Below are positions 49,672 to 60,182 of a DNA stretch of 64,000 bases, piece after piece. The first letter of the stretch is position 1. Each line of letters starts with the position of its first letter. Position numbers and translations under genes: made by a program. The stretch comes from Vulcanimicrobiota bacterium (GTDB taxonomy: Bacteria; Vulcanimicrobiota; Vulcanimicrobiia; Vulcanimicrobiales; Vulcanimicrobiaceae). The notes below the pieces were generated by a model, which had not been told where the DNA came from, did no database searches, and was given only the letters and a program-made list of their open reading frames with translations. The stretch is from assembly GCA_963733295.1 (NCBI GenBank), contig CAVTCS010000003.1, positions 32,001 through 96,000 on the forward strand, read 5' to 3'.

Positions 49672-52600
49672 ATGTTCCGACGCGTCACCGCGCCGCTGCT
49701 TGCGCTCGCCATCCTTGCTCTATCGGGCACGCCGGCGCCTGCGCAGAGCAGCACCGGCGAGATCGATCTCAACGTCGTCGACGCGGCGACGAATCAGCCG
49801 CTGGGGAACGTGCGGACCTTCTTGCTCGGCGCCCAGACGGCCAACGCGTTGACGACCGCTTCGGGCGCGATCAAGTTCACCGACGTGCCCGTCGGGATTT
49901 ACCGCATCCGCCTGCAACTGCGCGGCTACAACGGCGCCAGCACGCGCGAGTTCGACGTCCTTCCGGATCGCGCGGTCCACGTCCGCATCCTCCTTTCAAA
50001 GCGCACCGGGACCGGCGGATCGAACACGGCCTCCGAAAACGACTCGAACCTCAAGGTCATCGGGGTCGTGACCGCCCGCTCGAACGTCTCGATCACGACG
50101 ACCGACATCAACTCAGACAGTGCGGTCCGGCGCTTGTCTGACTCGCTGACCGACGCGCTCGACAAGCTCGCGGGCGTCTCGGTCACGACCGACGCGAGCG
50201 ATCCCAATAGCGCGATCAACATCTCGCTGAACAACCAAGACGAGTCGCAGACCGCGCTCACGCTGGATGGGATCCCGCTGTCCGCGCCCGGCTCGGCCGG
50301 CAACTTGCGTGGCATCGGGACCGACCTCTTCTCGGGTTCGTCGGTCAGCTTTTCACCGACCGCCGGCGGTCTCGCGGGCGGCGTGAACTTCACGACGCTG
50401 CAGCCGACGCAGGCCCTGCAGATCCGCGCCAACGGAACGACCGGGACCTACGACCGTAACAACTACGCCTTCGCCGCAACCGGATCGGTCGACAGCCTTG
50501 GATTCGTGGTCGAGCATACTTGGCGCGGCTCGAACAGCCCCTTGACCTTCAACGTTTACGAAGATCAGAGCGGACTGACGTACGCGCACGGCGGCGACTC
50601 CATGACCGAGAGCGACCTGCTCAAGCTGCGCTACACGCTGGGCGACGAGCGAACGAGCATCACGGCGTCCGGCATCGACACGAACCGTTTGGCCTACCAG
50701 ATCTGCGCGCAGGACGTGACGATTCTGCCCTGCGGCGCCGGCCCGAACAACTACAACTTCGGCCGCTACGAACTCGGCTACGCGACGGTGCAGTCGCTCG
50801 TCGGCAACGTCGAGACGAATGTTTCCGGCTACATCAACGCCGGCACGCAAAACGTCAACGATCTCAATCGCTACGTACTGCAATTGACTCCGGATGCTCC
50901 CGACCCGACGGATCCCAGCGCCTACGAGCCGACGCTCGACCCTTCGGCTTCTCTGACCGACACGCTCACTCGCGGCATCGCGTACAGCGCGTCGCTGGCG
51001 CAGGGCAATCACACCTTCATCTTCGTGGGCAGCACGTACGACGCGATCAACTCCTCGGTGCCGACCGTCGGCTCGCAGTTCGTCACGGCGTTCACGAACG
51101 CCGCGGCGTCCTCGCGCTATCAATTCAGCGACGCGATCAAGTCGAACGATCACTTGACCTACACGCCCTCGGTTTCGTTTGCCGACACGAGCGGCGTCGG
51201 CAGCTCGTTTCTGGCGGGGCTGAGCGGTCAATGGCGGCCGAAAGTGGCGGACACCTATGCCCTTTCGCTCAACGTCGGCAGTTCGCAGCCGAATCTGAAC
51301 GCTATCAAATCGTTCTCCGATCCGGTCTCCGCGCGTTTCAATTGCGGCGCCCAAACGGCGGTCGTCGCGGGACCGGGCGACACCGGCGAAGGGCAGTCGC
51401 AGTCGGCGCAGGCGATCAACGCGACCTGGTTGCATCAGTTCAACGGCGGGGCGACGTTTTCGGTCTCGCCCTACTGGCAACGGCAGTCGGGGCAGCTCAT
51501 CAACGCGCTGATCGACGAGCCCGCGGCATACTACAATGCGGCGGGCGTGGGGTATCTCGATACGCTCTATGCGGCCTACCGTTCGCCGACGGTGTGCGGT
51601 TTGACGGCTCCGACGCCGACGGTCTACGTGAACGAATCCGTCTCCGGCACGACGCGAGTCTACCAGGGCTTCAACGCGACGGCGCGTTTCGAACTCTCGC
51701 CCTACATCGCAATGATCCCCTCGTATTCGCTCAATCAGGCAGTCCTCGTCTCCGCGGGTGGACGGCTCGACGACGGACCCTCGACGACGATCGTCGGCGC
51801 GCAATTACCGAATCGTCCGATCCACAAGGGAAATCTGACGTTCGACGCGCTGATGCCGCGCAGCGGGATCGAGCTGCTGGCGAACGCGCAATACGTCGGC
51901 GCGAACAATCAGCAGAATCTCGGACCTTACGTTAGCATGAGTTTCGGCGTGTCGCATCGCCTCGGGCCCGGGCAGGTGACGGTTTTCACGAACAATGCCT
52001 TCAACGTGTATTCGGGGGTCTTCGCGACGAACGCGTACGCGCAGCCTCTGGCGCTCTCGAGCGGCGGATTTTACGAAACGGCGGCGACGCCGCTGACGCC
52101 GCGCACGATCTTCGCATCCTACGCGATGGCGATCGGTGGTCCGGCTCCGGGACCCTCGTTCCGGCAACTCAATCGCGGCGGCGGCGCGCGCCTCGCTGCG
52201 GCGGCGACGCCGCAGCCGAGTCCCAGCGCGAGTGCCGGGCCTCGCCGTCAGCAGCGCTTTACCTCGAATCCTCCGCCGCCGGGTACCGATCCGCTCTCGC
52301 TCGATACCTCGCGCGACACCTGCGACGCGAACGCACAGACCGCCGCGAAGCCGCTCTACGACGGGCTGCGCGCCTACGTCGCGGCGTACGAAAAGGGTGC
52401 GAAGACGACCGACGTTCCCGGGGTCACGATCGTTGCGCACAAGACGCCGCCGGGTTCGACGGTCGCGTATTATCTCGACGTACGGCCGCATTTCCCGCGG
52501 CCGCCCGGCGCGGCGCAGAACGTCCAAGGCGGTCCGGGTGGTCGGCCCGGGCGTCCGGGTGGCGGCTTCGGTGGCCCTGGTGGAGGCGGTCCCGGCGGAC

Positions 52601-52941
52601 CGGGTGAGGGAGGGAACGGCGGGGAGCCTCCGATTCAAAGCGGCGAAGTAACCGCGCAGTCCGGGCCGCAACTCGGCGGCTCGCCGCAGCAACAAGCGGC
52701 GCGTCGCAACTTCGAAAACTCGCCCGAGTTCAAAGCGTTCCGCGGTTTCATCGGCTGCGCGTACGTGACAATTCTCTCGCAAGCCGATGCGAAGGCGAAG
52801 GGCATCGTTATCGAAGGCGGACGCCCGGGGTTGATCTACGTTCCGGGAACCGGCATCACGTTCGTGCAGGCGCTCGAGTTACCGCAAGGCGGCGGCAGTC
52901 TGCAGGCATCACCGCCGCCGAGCGCATCGCCTCCTCGATGA
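49672..52941 (+). CDS. TonB-dependent receptor-like outer membrane protein with C-terminal extension
   Basis: Signal peptide; carboxypeptidase-regulatory-like N-domain (VVDA...PLGNV...DVPVGIYRI); plug (L-x-DALDKLAGVSV, LDGIPL, GGVNFTT); amphipathic strands to NAFN...PRTIFASY. Confidence 0.8.
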   Translation: MFRRVTAPLLALAILALSGTPAPAQSSTGEIDLNVVDAATNQPLGNVRTFLLGAQTANALTTASGAIKFTDVPVGIYRIRLQLRGYNGASTREFDVLPDRAVHVRILLSKRTGTGGSNTASENDSNLKVIGVVTARSNVSITTTDINSDSAVRRLSDSLTDALDKLAGVSVTTDASDPNSAINISLNNQDESQTALTLDGIPLSAPGSAGNLRGIGTDLFSGSSVSFSPTAGGLAGGVNFTTLQPTQALQIRANGTTGTYDRNNYAFAATGSVDSLGFVVEHTWRGSNSPLTFNVYEDQSGLTYAHGGDSMTESDLLKLRYTLGDERTSITASGIDTNRLAYQICAQDVTILPCGAGPNNYNFGRYELGYATVQSLVGNVETNVSGYINAGTQNVNDLNRYVLQLTPDAPDPTDPSAYEPTLDPSASLTDTLTRGIAYSASLAQGNHTFIFVGSTYDAINSSVPTVGSQFVTAFTNAAASSRYQFSDAIKSNDHLTYTPSVSFADTSGVGSSFLAGLSGQWRPKVADTYALSLNVGSSQPNLNAIKSFSDPVSARFNCGAQTAVVAGPGDTGEGQSQSAQAINATWLHQFNGGATFSVSPYWQRQSGQLINALIDEPAAYYNAAGVGYLDTLYAAYRSPTVCGLTAPTPTVYVNESVSGTTRVYQGFNATARFELSPYIAMIPSYSLNQAVLVSAGGRLDDGPSTTIVGAQLPNRPIHKGNLTFDALMPRSGIELLANAQYVGANNQQNLGPYVSMSFGVSHRLGPGQVTVFTNNAFNVYSGVFATNAYAQPLALSSGGFYETAATPLTPRTIFASYAMAIGGPAPGPSFRQLNRGGGARLAAAATPQPSPSASAGPRRQQRFTSNPPPPGTDPLSLDTSRDTCDANAQTAAKPLYDGLRAYVAAYEKGAKTTDVPGVTIVAHKTPPGSTVAYYLDVRPHFPRPPGAAQNVQGGPGGRPGRPGGGFGGPGGGGPGGPGEGGNGGEPPIQSGEVTAQSGPQLGGSPQQQAARRNFENSPEFKAFRGFIGCAYVTILSQADAKAKGIVIEGGRPGLIYVPGTGITFVQALELPQGGGSLQASPPPSASPPR

Positions 52942-53798
52942 GACCGTCGACATTTTCAATCGTTGCAGCAGATCCCGCGCGGGGCGAACTCGGCATCGCC
53001 GTTCAATCGAAGTTCCTTGCCGTGGGGAGCGCCGTACCTTGGATAGAGAGCGGCGCCGGCGCGATTGCGACGCAAGCTTGGGCGAACACGGCCTTCGGTC
53101 CGCTCGGACTCGCGCGCTTGCGCGAGGGCGCTTCGCCGGCGCAGGTGCGCGACGCGCTGATCGCCGGCGACGAACAGTCGGCAGATCGTCAATTCGGCAT
53201 CGTCGATGCGCGCGGGCGTTCGACGAGCTTTACCGGCGAACGCTGCATTCCGTGGGCGAGCGGAATTGCGGGCGAGAACTTCGCGGCTCAGGGCAATTGC
53301 CTCGCCGGCCAGAGCGTCGTTGAGGCGCTAGCCGATACGTTCCGCGGAACGCCGGGCGCGCTCGCGGACCGCCTGACGGCCGCTCTCGTCGCGGCGCAAC
53401 GCGAAGGCGGCGACAAGCGCGGACAGCAGAGTGCGGCGCTCGTCATCTCCAAGCCCGGCGGCGGCTATGGCGGCTTCAACGATCGTTACGTCGACTTGCG
53501 CGTCGACGATCATCCCGCGCCGATCGGCGAACTCGCGCGCCTGCTCGAGTTGCACAAGCTCTACAACTTCCCGGCCTCGGCCGAAGACGTGTTGAAGGTC
53601 GACGCCGCACTCGGTAAGGAAATCGTCGCCGAATTACGCCGCGCTGGTGCGTACAAGGGAACGAGCGACGTCTTCGACGAGGGCGCGCGTGAGGCGTTGG
53701 TTGCGTTCATGCACGTCGAGAATCTCGAGAACCGCGTTCGCGGCGACGGCGCGATCGATCGTCAAACGCTCGGCTACCTTCGCGCCTTCGGGCGTTAG
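52938..53798 (+). CDS. DUF1028 (Ntn-hydrolase-like) protein with C-terminal putative PG-binding domain
   Basis: TFSIVA-x-D, GIAVQSKFLAVG, GAIATQA, GGDKRGQQSAA, DLRVDDH, ENLENR. Confidence 0.92.
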   Translation: MRPSTFSIVAADPARGELGIAVQSKFLAVGSAVPWIESGAGAIATQAWANTAFGPLGLARLREGASPAQVRDALIAGDEQSADRQFGIVDARGRSTSFTGERCIPWASGIAGENFAAQGNCLAGQSVVEALADTFRGTPGALADRLTAALVAAQREGGDKRGQQSAALVISKPGGGYGGFNDRYVDLRVDDHPAPIGELARLLELHKLYNFPASAEDVLKVDAALGKEIVAELRRAGAYKGTSDVFDEGAREALVAFMHVENLENRVRGDGAIDRQTLGYLRAFGR

Positions 53799-55438
53799 AT
53801 CGACCAGGTCCAGACGTTCCAATTCTCGACGATGCCGTTGGGACGGAACCCCGCAAGATCGGTGTTCACGGCCTCGATCTGACGGGGCCACCAGAGATAG
53901 ACGAACGGGGCGTCGATCGCGAGAAGGTTTTCGATCGTCGTGTAGTCGGCTTTGCGACGCGAGACCTCGTAGTGGCTCAGCGCGTCGCGTTGAGCCACAT
54001 CCATCTTCGGGTTGCAGTAGCGCGACCAGTTGAAGCCGCGGGGCGGGAACTGATCGCACATGAGTTGCGTCGAGTTGTCCGGGTCGACCCCGGCATACCA
54101 GGTCTGCAAACCGGCGTCGTACTTTCCGTCGGCCAGAATGCCCGATCCGGGCGGACCGTACAGAAGGGCAGTCGTGTAGCCCTTGAGCGCGACCTCGAAG
54201 CCGGCGTCGCGCAGCATCGAAGCGATGAGCACGCCACGGTTGCGGTCGGTGATGCTGTCGGTGCGAAAAGCGAGCCCGACGTTCAGAGGCTTGCCGCCCT
54301 TGACGCGGATGCCGCCTGGTCCCGGACGCCAGCCGGCTTCGTCGAGCAGCGCTTCCGCTTTCGGTAAATCTCGAGTTCGGGTGCCCGCATGCGGATCTGC
54401 GGCCCACATGAAGTCCGGCAAGTCCTCACCGGCGGGGAGCGTCGTTCCGTACGTCACGTCGTGCGAGAGCACCGGCTTATCGATCGCGAGTCCGACCGCA
54501 CGCCGCACGCGCGCATCGTCGAAAGGCGGATGCGTTGTGTTGAAGATGATCGCATCGTTCGCGTTCGTCGGGACGAGCCGGATGCTGTAGCCGGGAATCT
54601 TGCTGATCTGGGGGAAGACGCGCGGCGTCGCTTGGGCGAACCAATCGACCTCGTGCGCGCGCATTTCGTCCACGATCGTGTTTTCGTCGGGGACGATTCG
54701 TACGACGATATGCCGGAGCTTCGGTTTCCCGAGGAAATAGTCGTCATTGGCGACGTACTCGATGCGATCTCCGCGCAGCCAGCGCACGACTTTGAACGGG
54801 CCGGTTCCAACGGGTAGGGAGTTGAACGGAATTCTGTTCAGGTCGTGGTAGCGCTCGAGCAGGTGGGCGGGTACGATAAAATACGGCGAGTCGCTGTGCG
54901 CGAAAAACGTGTGGACCGCAGGCGAGAAAGGTCGCTTCAAGCGGAAGACTGCGGTGTAGGGATCGGGAGTATCGACGCGTGCGATCTGGTCGTACCCATG
55001 GCGTGTGGCGACGAGCGTGTCGGGGTTCATGATCGCGCGATACGTGAACTGAACGTCGTGGCTCGTGAAGGGCGCGCCGTCCTGCCACTTTACGCCGTGA
55101 CGCAAGTGATAGGTGATCGTGAGGCCGTCGCGGCTGATGCCGCCGTTCTCGAGCGTCGGTACGACTGCGGCCAGAATCGGGACGTCGTGACCCTGGGGAT
55201 CGGTCGCGATCAGGGGGTCCATTGCAAAGCCGATGACCATCACCTCGATCTGCTGCGTACCGAGGAGCGGGTTGAGGGTGTTCGGGGCGCCGCTGATGGC
55301 GACGCGCAAGGTCCCGGGAATCGTCCAGGGGTTCCGGCTCGCGCCGGCACCTCCGCCCGCGATACGCGTGCAGGCGCCGCCCAAGAGCGCGGTGAGGATG
55401 ACGAGCGTGACGCCGGCGGCGCGGCGGAGATGGTGCAT
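53795..55438 (-). CDS. Peptide ABC transporter substrate-binding lipoprotein (family 5), orphan
   Basis: Lipobox-like LGGAC; LRHGVKWQDG-x-PFTS-x-DV, PVGTGPF, VRRA; start ATG 55438. Confidence 0.92.
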   Translation of the reverse strand: MHHLRRAAGVTLVILTALLGGACTRIAGGGAGASRNPWTIPGTLRVAISGAPNTLNPLLGTQQIEVMVIGFAMDPLIATDPQGHDVPILAAVVPTLENGGISRDGLTITYHLRHGVKWQDGAPFTSHDVQFTYRAIMNPDTLVATRHGYDQIARVDTPDPYTAVFRLKRPFSPAVHTFFAHSDSPYFIVPAHLLERYHDLNRIPFNSLPVGTGPFKVVRWLRGDRIEYVANDDYFLGKPKLRHIVVRIVPDENTIVDEMRAHEVDWFAQATPRVFPQISKIPGYSIRLVPTNANDAIIFNTTHPPFDDARVRRAVGLAIDKPVLSHDVTYGTTLPAGEDLPDFMWAADPHAGTRTRDLPKAEALLDEAGWRPGPGGIRVKGGKPLNVGLAFRTDSITDRNRGVLIASMLRDAGFEVALKGYTTALLYGPPGSGILADGKYDAGLQTWYAGVDPDNSTQLMCDQFPPRGFNWSRYCNPKMDVAQRDALSHYEVSRRKADYTTIENLLAIDAPFVYLWWPRQIEAVNTDLAGFRPNGIVENWNVWTWSI

Positions 55439-55593
55439 GCCTCCGCCCTTTCGCGCAACGCCTGGGGCATTCCCGAGAACTGTGCGCTGGTGCAGCAGAG
55501 GTTGGCGTCCTCGCCGCTGAAAGCGGAACCCTAACATCGTCCGAGCGTCGGCCGAATTGCAAGGATGCGGCCGAGGATCAATATGGAGAAACC

Positions 55594-56397
55594 GTGCAGC
55601 TTCTCAACAAGGTAGCGATATTTTCGTTTGCGTGTCTTTTTCTCGCCGCGTGCAGCGGGGGCGGTTCCGCGACGCCGAACCTCACCAAGACGGCGAATAC
55701 GAACGTTCCGGGGTACCTGCCGTTCGGGTCCGGCGATGAGTGGACGTTTTCGACCGGCGCAACGATCACCGACAAAGGTTCCTCGATTCTCAGCGGCTGC
55801 GCTTGCGGGCTCGACGGCGGCACGACGGTCGAGCGCATGGATCTCGCTACCTCGAGCGGCAGCTATGTCGGCTCACTTATCTACGCGAAGGGCACGTGGG
55901 CGCTGGCACCCTACGCGGGCCATGCCCTGACCTATCTCGTCGGACTCTCAGAGGATGAGGGAACCACGGTCGCACCATTTTTCTACAGCGCCGATCTGAC
56001 CGTTCCGGGAGTTCCCGCGATCGACGATGCCCCCGTCGCGAACGAAGCGTTCACCCTCCCGCCGCCCTCCGGTACCGGCAACGGTTCGATGACGATCACG
56101 TCGGTCGGGGGCACGCAAACGCTCGGTGCTGAAAATATTATCAAGGTGGCCGCCACGACGCTCACCGGGGACGGCAGCACCACCAACTTCAACTACGCGC
56201 CCGGGGTCGGGTTCACGTATGTCGTGCTCGCTAGTGGACCGATGACGCTTTCGTCGTTCTCTCTTGCGGGCGCTTCGGCTGCATCGATCGCACGAAGCGC
56301 GACGCCTGCCACCCTGCGGACATCGCGTCTGAACAACGCTCACGCGAACAATCTCACCTTGGCCGCGATGCTCGAAGCCTGGGCGACTTCGCGTTAG
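55594..56397 (+). CDS. Hypothetical lipoprotein
   Basis: RBS GGAG; lipobox LAAC followed by SGGG. Confidence 0.8.
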   Translation: MQLLNKVAIFSFACLFLAACSGGGSATPNLTKTANTNVPGYLPFGSGDEWTFSTGATITDKGSSILSGCACGLDGGTTVERMDLATSSGSYVGSLIYAKGTWALAPYAGHALTYLVGLSEDEGTTVAPFFYSADLTVPGVPAIDDAPVANEAFTLPPPSGTGNGSMTITSVGGTQTLGAENIIKVAATTLTGDGSTTNFNYAPGVGFTYVVLASGPMTLSSFSLAGASAASIARSATPATLRTSRLNNAHANNLTLAAMLEAWATSR

Positions 56398-56495
56398 GCT
56401 CTCGGCGATTCCAAAAGCTTCAGCGTGAGGCGGTCCGGTTCTCCCTCGAAGTACTTCTCGAGCGCGGTGCTAAAGAGCGGTTCTCCGGGCGCGAC

Positions 56496-56730
56496 GTGAG
56501 CGAAAAGCGTCATCGACGAACGGAATTTTACACATGGGGCGTCGTCGACGATGCAGAAGCTAATTTTGACGCGACGAACACACCTGCCAGGGTCGAAGAA
56601 CTCTGGTCCTGGTTCTGGAGCGAGTTCATGACGCGTGGCACGCCGGACGCACGCACTATTGTTATCGGAAGTCCGTGGTCGCTCGGTTCGCTCGTTGTGA
56701 AAACTGCAGAAGAAGACCCAGTTTCAAAGT
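56496..56730 (+). pseudogene. Possible phage terminase large subunit fragment
   Basis: VVDDAE...W-x-WF...TR-x-x-P-x-x-x-TIVIGSPW resembles the Walker B to motif III segment of terminase ATPases; cut by an IS. Confidence 0.4.
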
Positions 56731-57763
56731 TGTGTGCCTGCCCGCATTTGTATGACGGCAAAGAAGTCGATCCGGCGGCCAGAACCGAGGTCGGTTTCGC
56801 CCTGAGCAGCTCGAAGCCGAGAACGCGCAGATGAAACGCATCATTGCCCGCAAGGAGCTCGAGCTCGACGCCATGCGAGACCTGACCGAAAAAAAACGGC
56901 TGGGGCCCTCGAAGCGCAAAGACGCGGTGAGGGCACTCAGAGAACGGGGCATTTCGCAGCGAGCCGCTTGTCACGTGATCGGCATCTCGGAACGCGCGAT
57001 GCAATATCGCCACCGCCGCTTTGATGATCCCGCATTACTTGAGTGGCTCAAGGCCTTAGCCGCCGAACGGCTGCGCTGGGGTTGGCGTCGGCTCCTGATT
57101 ATCGTGCAGCGAGAAGGCTGGACGATTAGCGAACGCGCTTTCCGGCGGATCTACTGCACCCTAGGGCTTCACATGATGCGAACGCGAAAGCGTCACGTCC
57201 GCTACGTCCGCGGCAACGCTATTGACCCCGTCAGCGCGCCGAACCAACGTTGGTCGCTCGACTTCATGCATGCGCGCCTCATGCACGGGCGCGCCTACCG
57301 ACTGCTCAACGTCATCGACGATTTTACCGGCGAGACGCTCGCCATCGAGTCGGCCTTCTCGTTCGGAAGTGCCGATGTCATCCGTGTTCTCGAAAACATC
57401 CCCTACGAACGCACCCTCCCGAGGACTCTGCGCTCCGACGATGGCTCAAGAGTTCTGCAGTCATCGATGCTGCGCTGGAGCGCAGATCGCAATCTTCAAT
57501 GGCATTTCATCCGGCCTGGAAAGCCAACGCAGAACGCCAAGATCGAATCGCCCAACGGGCCGCTTACGCGATGAGCTCATTAACCCGCATCTGTTCGGTT
57601 CGATAGCCGAGGTTCGTGCCGCCGCAGACCTGGCGCGTCGACTACAACAACGTTGGGCCTCACTCGGCGCTCGGCTATCAGACGCCGCGGGAATTCGCGG
57701 CGCACTTTCAAACTACCCAACCCTCACAGTTATCGGCAACGCGGAGAATGCCCTCGGGCCACA
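56731..57763 (+). mobile_element. Degenerate IS3-family element (IS407-like)
   Basis: WGWRRL, PNQRWSLDF, LNVIDDF, PGKPTQNAKIES, WRVDYN...PHSALGY; A8 run at the orfA/orfB junction; imperfect ends TGTGTGCCTGCCCGCATT / AATGCCCTCGGGCCACA; orfA largely deleted. Confidence 0.85.
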
Positions 57764-57799
57764 CCTGCAAAGCGATAAGGCCATTTCAACTTCCAGCCG

Positions 57800-58315
57800 T
57801 TAGCGTAGGGTAAGCGTTATCACATTTGACAGCGCGGATAAATCCTCGTTTGTCGCGTTAATGGTTGCTGCGAGACGCGAGCTACTAGGTATGGCACGGA
57901 CGGTGTACGTTCCGGCCGGCAGATTGGGATATCCCCATGTAGCCAATTCGACGCCGTGTTGCGCATCATCGAAGGAGCCGTTGTAGCTCTCCCCGGGTTT
58001 GAGATAGTAGAGGCCTGGACTCCGGACGGCATCGTTTTGCAAGCATCCGATCTTTTGATCTTGCGGCACAACTGTGCCGTGCGCATCTGTAACGATCAAG
58101 TCAGTTAACCGACACAGAGAACCCACTCCGAAGCTGATCTCTTTCGAAGAAGTGTTGGTTATCGAGACAAAAATGCGAGTTGACGCGGCCGATTGGTTCG
58201 GCGCAGCACTCAGCGTAAACTTCATCCAGAAGTCCGCAAGAACTGGAGCTGCTAACGAAAGCACGAGCGTTAGTGCTAGCGCCAGCGACGTGGAGGCTTG
58301 ATTTATCGATTTCAT
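57800..58315 (-). CDS. Hypothetical exported Ig-like protein
   Basis: Signal peptide (VLA-D); ITNTS, LKPGESY, PAGTYTV. Confidence 0.7.
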   Translation of the reverse strand: MKSINQASTSLALALTLVLSLAAPVLADFWMKFTLSAAPNQSAASTRIFVSITNTSSKEISFGVGSLCRLTDLIVTDAHGTVVPQDQKIGCLQNDAVRSPGLYYLKPGESYNGSFDDAQHGVELATWGYPNLPAGTYTVRAIPSSSRLAATINATNEDLSALSNVITLTLR

Positions 58316-58365
58316 CGAGTTAGCGTTCAGTCCTTGTCGACCCGACGCGATTCGGCGTCGGTCAC

Positions 58366-60065
58366 TCAGAGAGGGGCCTTTGTTGGCCTAGCGGACGGAG
58401 TGGGTCTAGAGGTTGGGTAGGCGGTCGGAGGAGCAGTCGGACATGTATCGGGTTGCGGGGTGTACACCGCGCTCCATGTCGGAACGCTTGTCGAGGCCGC
58501 TGCTACGAACTTCGGCAGCGCGGGGACGGAAGTCTGCAACACCCAGCCGGGGCTGCTCGGCGGATTAGGCGAGGCGACGGCAGTACGCAGGGCGGTTCCA
58601 CTCCAGGTATATACGGGTGTCTTAGCCAGCGGCACCCATGTCGTAGGAGGGCCAAACGGGCGGTATAGCAGGAAGTCCTGAAAAGACTTGGTGGTTGAAA
58701 CCGTCGCGTTCGGCGCGGACGTCGCCGTCCCTGACAACTGACTCGCAGGTGCGTCGTTGGCATCGAACATGTTATCTCCGGGATACACCGTCTGTAGGTC
58801 ACAAAAGACGTCCGTATCCAGTTCTTGTCCAATCGTCGACGTGAAGGGCCACGGACTCGGAACGTGCACGGCGGTCGTTGTGTTAGCAATTAACTGGACC
58901 TGAACAACATAGCCGCCATTTGACTGTGGCGGCACAGTAATTGTGCTTCGAGTCTTCATGCCGGCGGTCGCGGGGTAATTGAGCTGGCTTCCGACTGATA
59001 GCGCTTCAATCGCGCCGGGGCTGTTCGTATAAATTGCGACGACCGGTGGAAGGACGACCGTGTTGGACGATACAGTCGGTCCGAACACAACGAAATCAGC
59101 TGCCACCGATTGTTTATAGTTCTGCGAGCCATTAAACAGCGTCGCGTTGGCAAGGACGGAGTAAAAGTTACCGAGAGGAGCGCCTACGCTCGAAAACGGC
59201 CAATAGAATGTCGCTGGGTTTGCGAACGTGCCCGAATTGTTCAGTGTTGACAGCACAGGCAGGCTTCCATTGAGCGTATACGATGCCCAGATCGTGCCGT
59301 CAATTCTCCAGTAAGTCGTCCCAGAAACGAGCATCCATCCGCTATATCCGGGCTGTATTCGCGTGGAAAGCACAACCTGAGTCCCAACTTCGACGCTCGG
59401 GTATGGCGCCGGAACGCTCACGACCACGCTCGACGCCGGACTAGCAATTGTTTGAACGATCTGCAGCGGAGGAACCATCACAGAGGCCACAGGCGTGGGC
59501 GAGGCTCCCGACACCGGGCCGGTAAAGTACCAGTATTGCCATAAGGGACCCGATGAGCTGCCCGAGCCGCCGTTAACGCCATTGAGTCCAATACCGCCGT
59601 CCGCTTCGGGGTTGGCTGTTTCGCCTGAATAGGCCGTGAACGTCACTGTTGTTGTGGCCGCGAACGGGCAACCTTTTACGGTGTAGGTTGGGGGTGAAAA
59701 GGTGATCGTGTATATGGTCGGGTGGTCTTGCCTCCTATCCAGGTTCCTTTCTGCCCGACCTGACATGCGCTGCCACTGTTAAAGTAACCCGTAAACGTCG
59801 CACTTTGCCCAGTACTGAGCACCATGCATTCGGTATACAACGGCGTGCACGCAGGCATCGGAGTTGGTGGAAGCTCGGGAAGAAGTTTGTTCGTGGTGCT
59901 GGCGCGTAGCGCATTTGCCTGGGCGTCGTCGGTCAGGCCCTTCTGGGAGAGGGCGGAAGCCGGCCTCGGGGAGGATGCGCCCGGAGATTCAATTCCCGAA
60001 CACGCCGTGATCGCGACGGTGCTCGCAAAGAGCAGAATCCATACGATAGGAAGATGGTCGCGCAC
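58366..60065 (-). pseudogene. Large Ser/Thr/Pro-rich lipoprotein, frameshifted near 59700-59760
   Basis: Lipobox ITAC in ORF 59676-60158 overlaps and continues into ORF 58366-59766. Confidence 0.6.
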
Positions 60066-60182
60066 TTCTACACCTTTGTGATGATTTTTGGCTTGTCGGT
60101 CAGGCAGAGTAGCGGATTCTTCAGCGCGGCAACGATACGATTGGTGGCCGCAGTGCATGCGGGAGATGCCCAGACGGGCTCA

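Noticed and set aside
52525..52625. GGN/CCN-rich tract as a DNA repeat or CRISPR-like array
   Set aside because: Simply encodes a Gly/Pro low-complexity linker; no repeat-spacer periodicity here or elsewhere in the window.
50353..52782. Long alternative-frame ORFs inside the TonB-dependent receptor
   Set aside because: Shadow ORFs without independent evidence.
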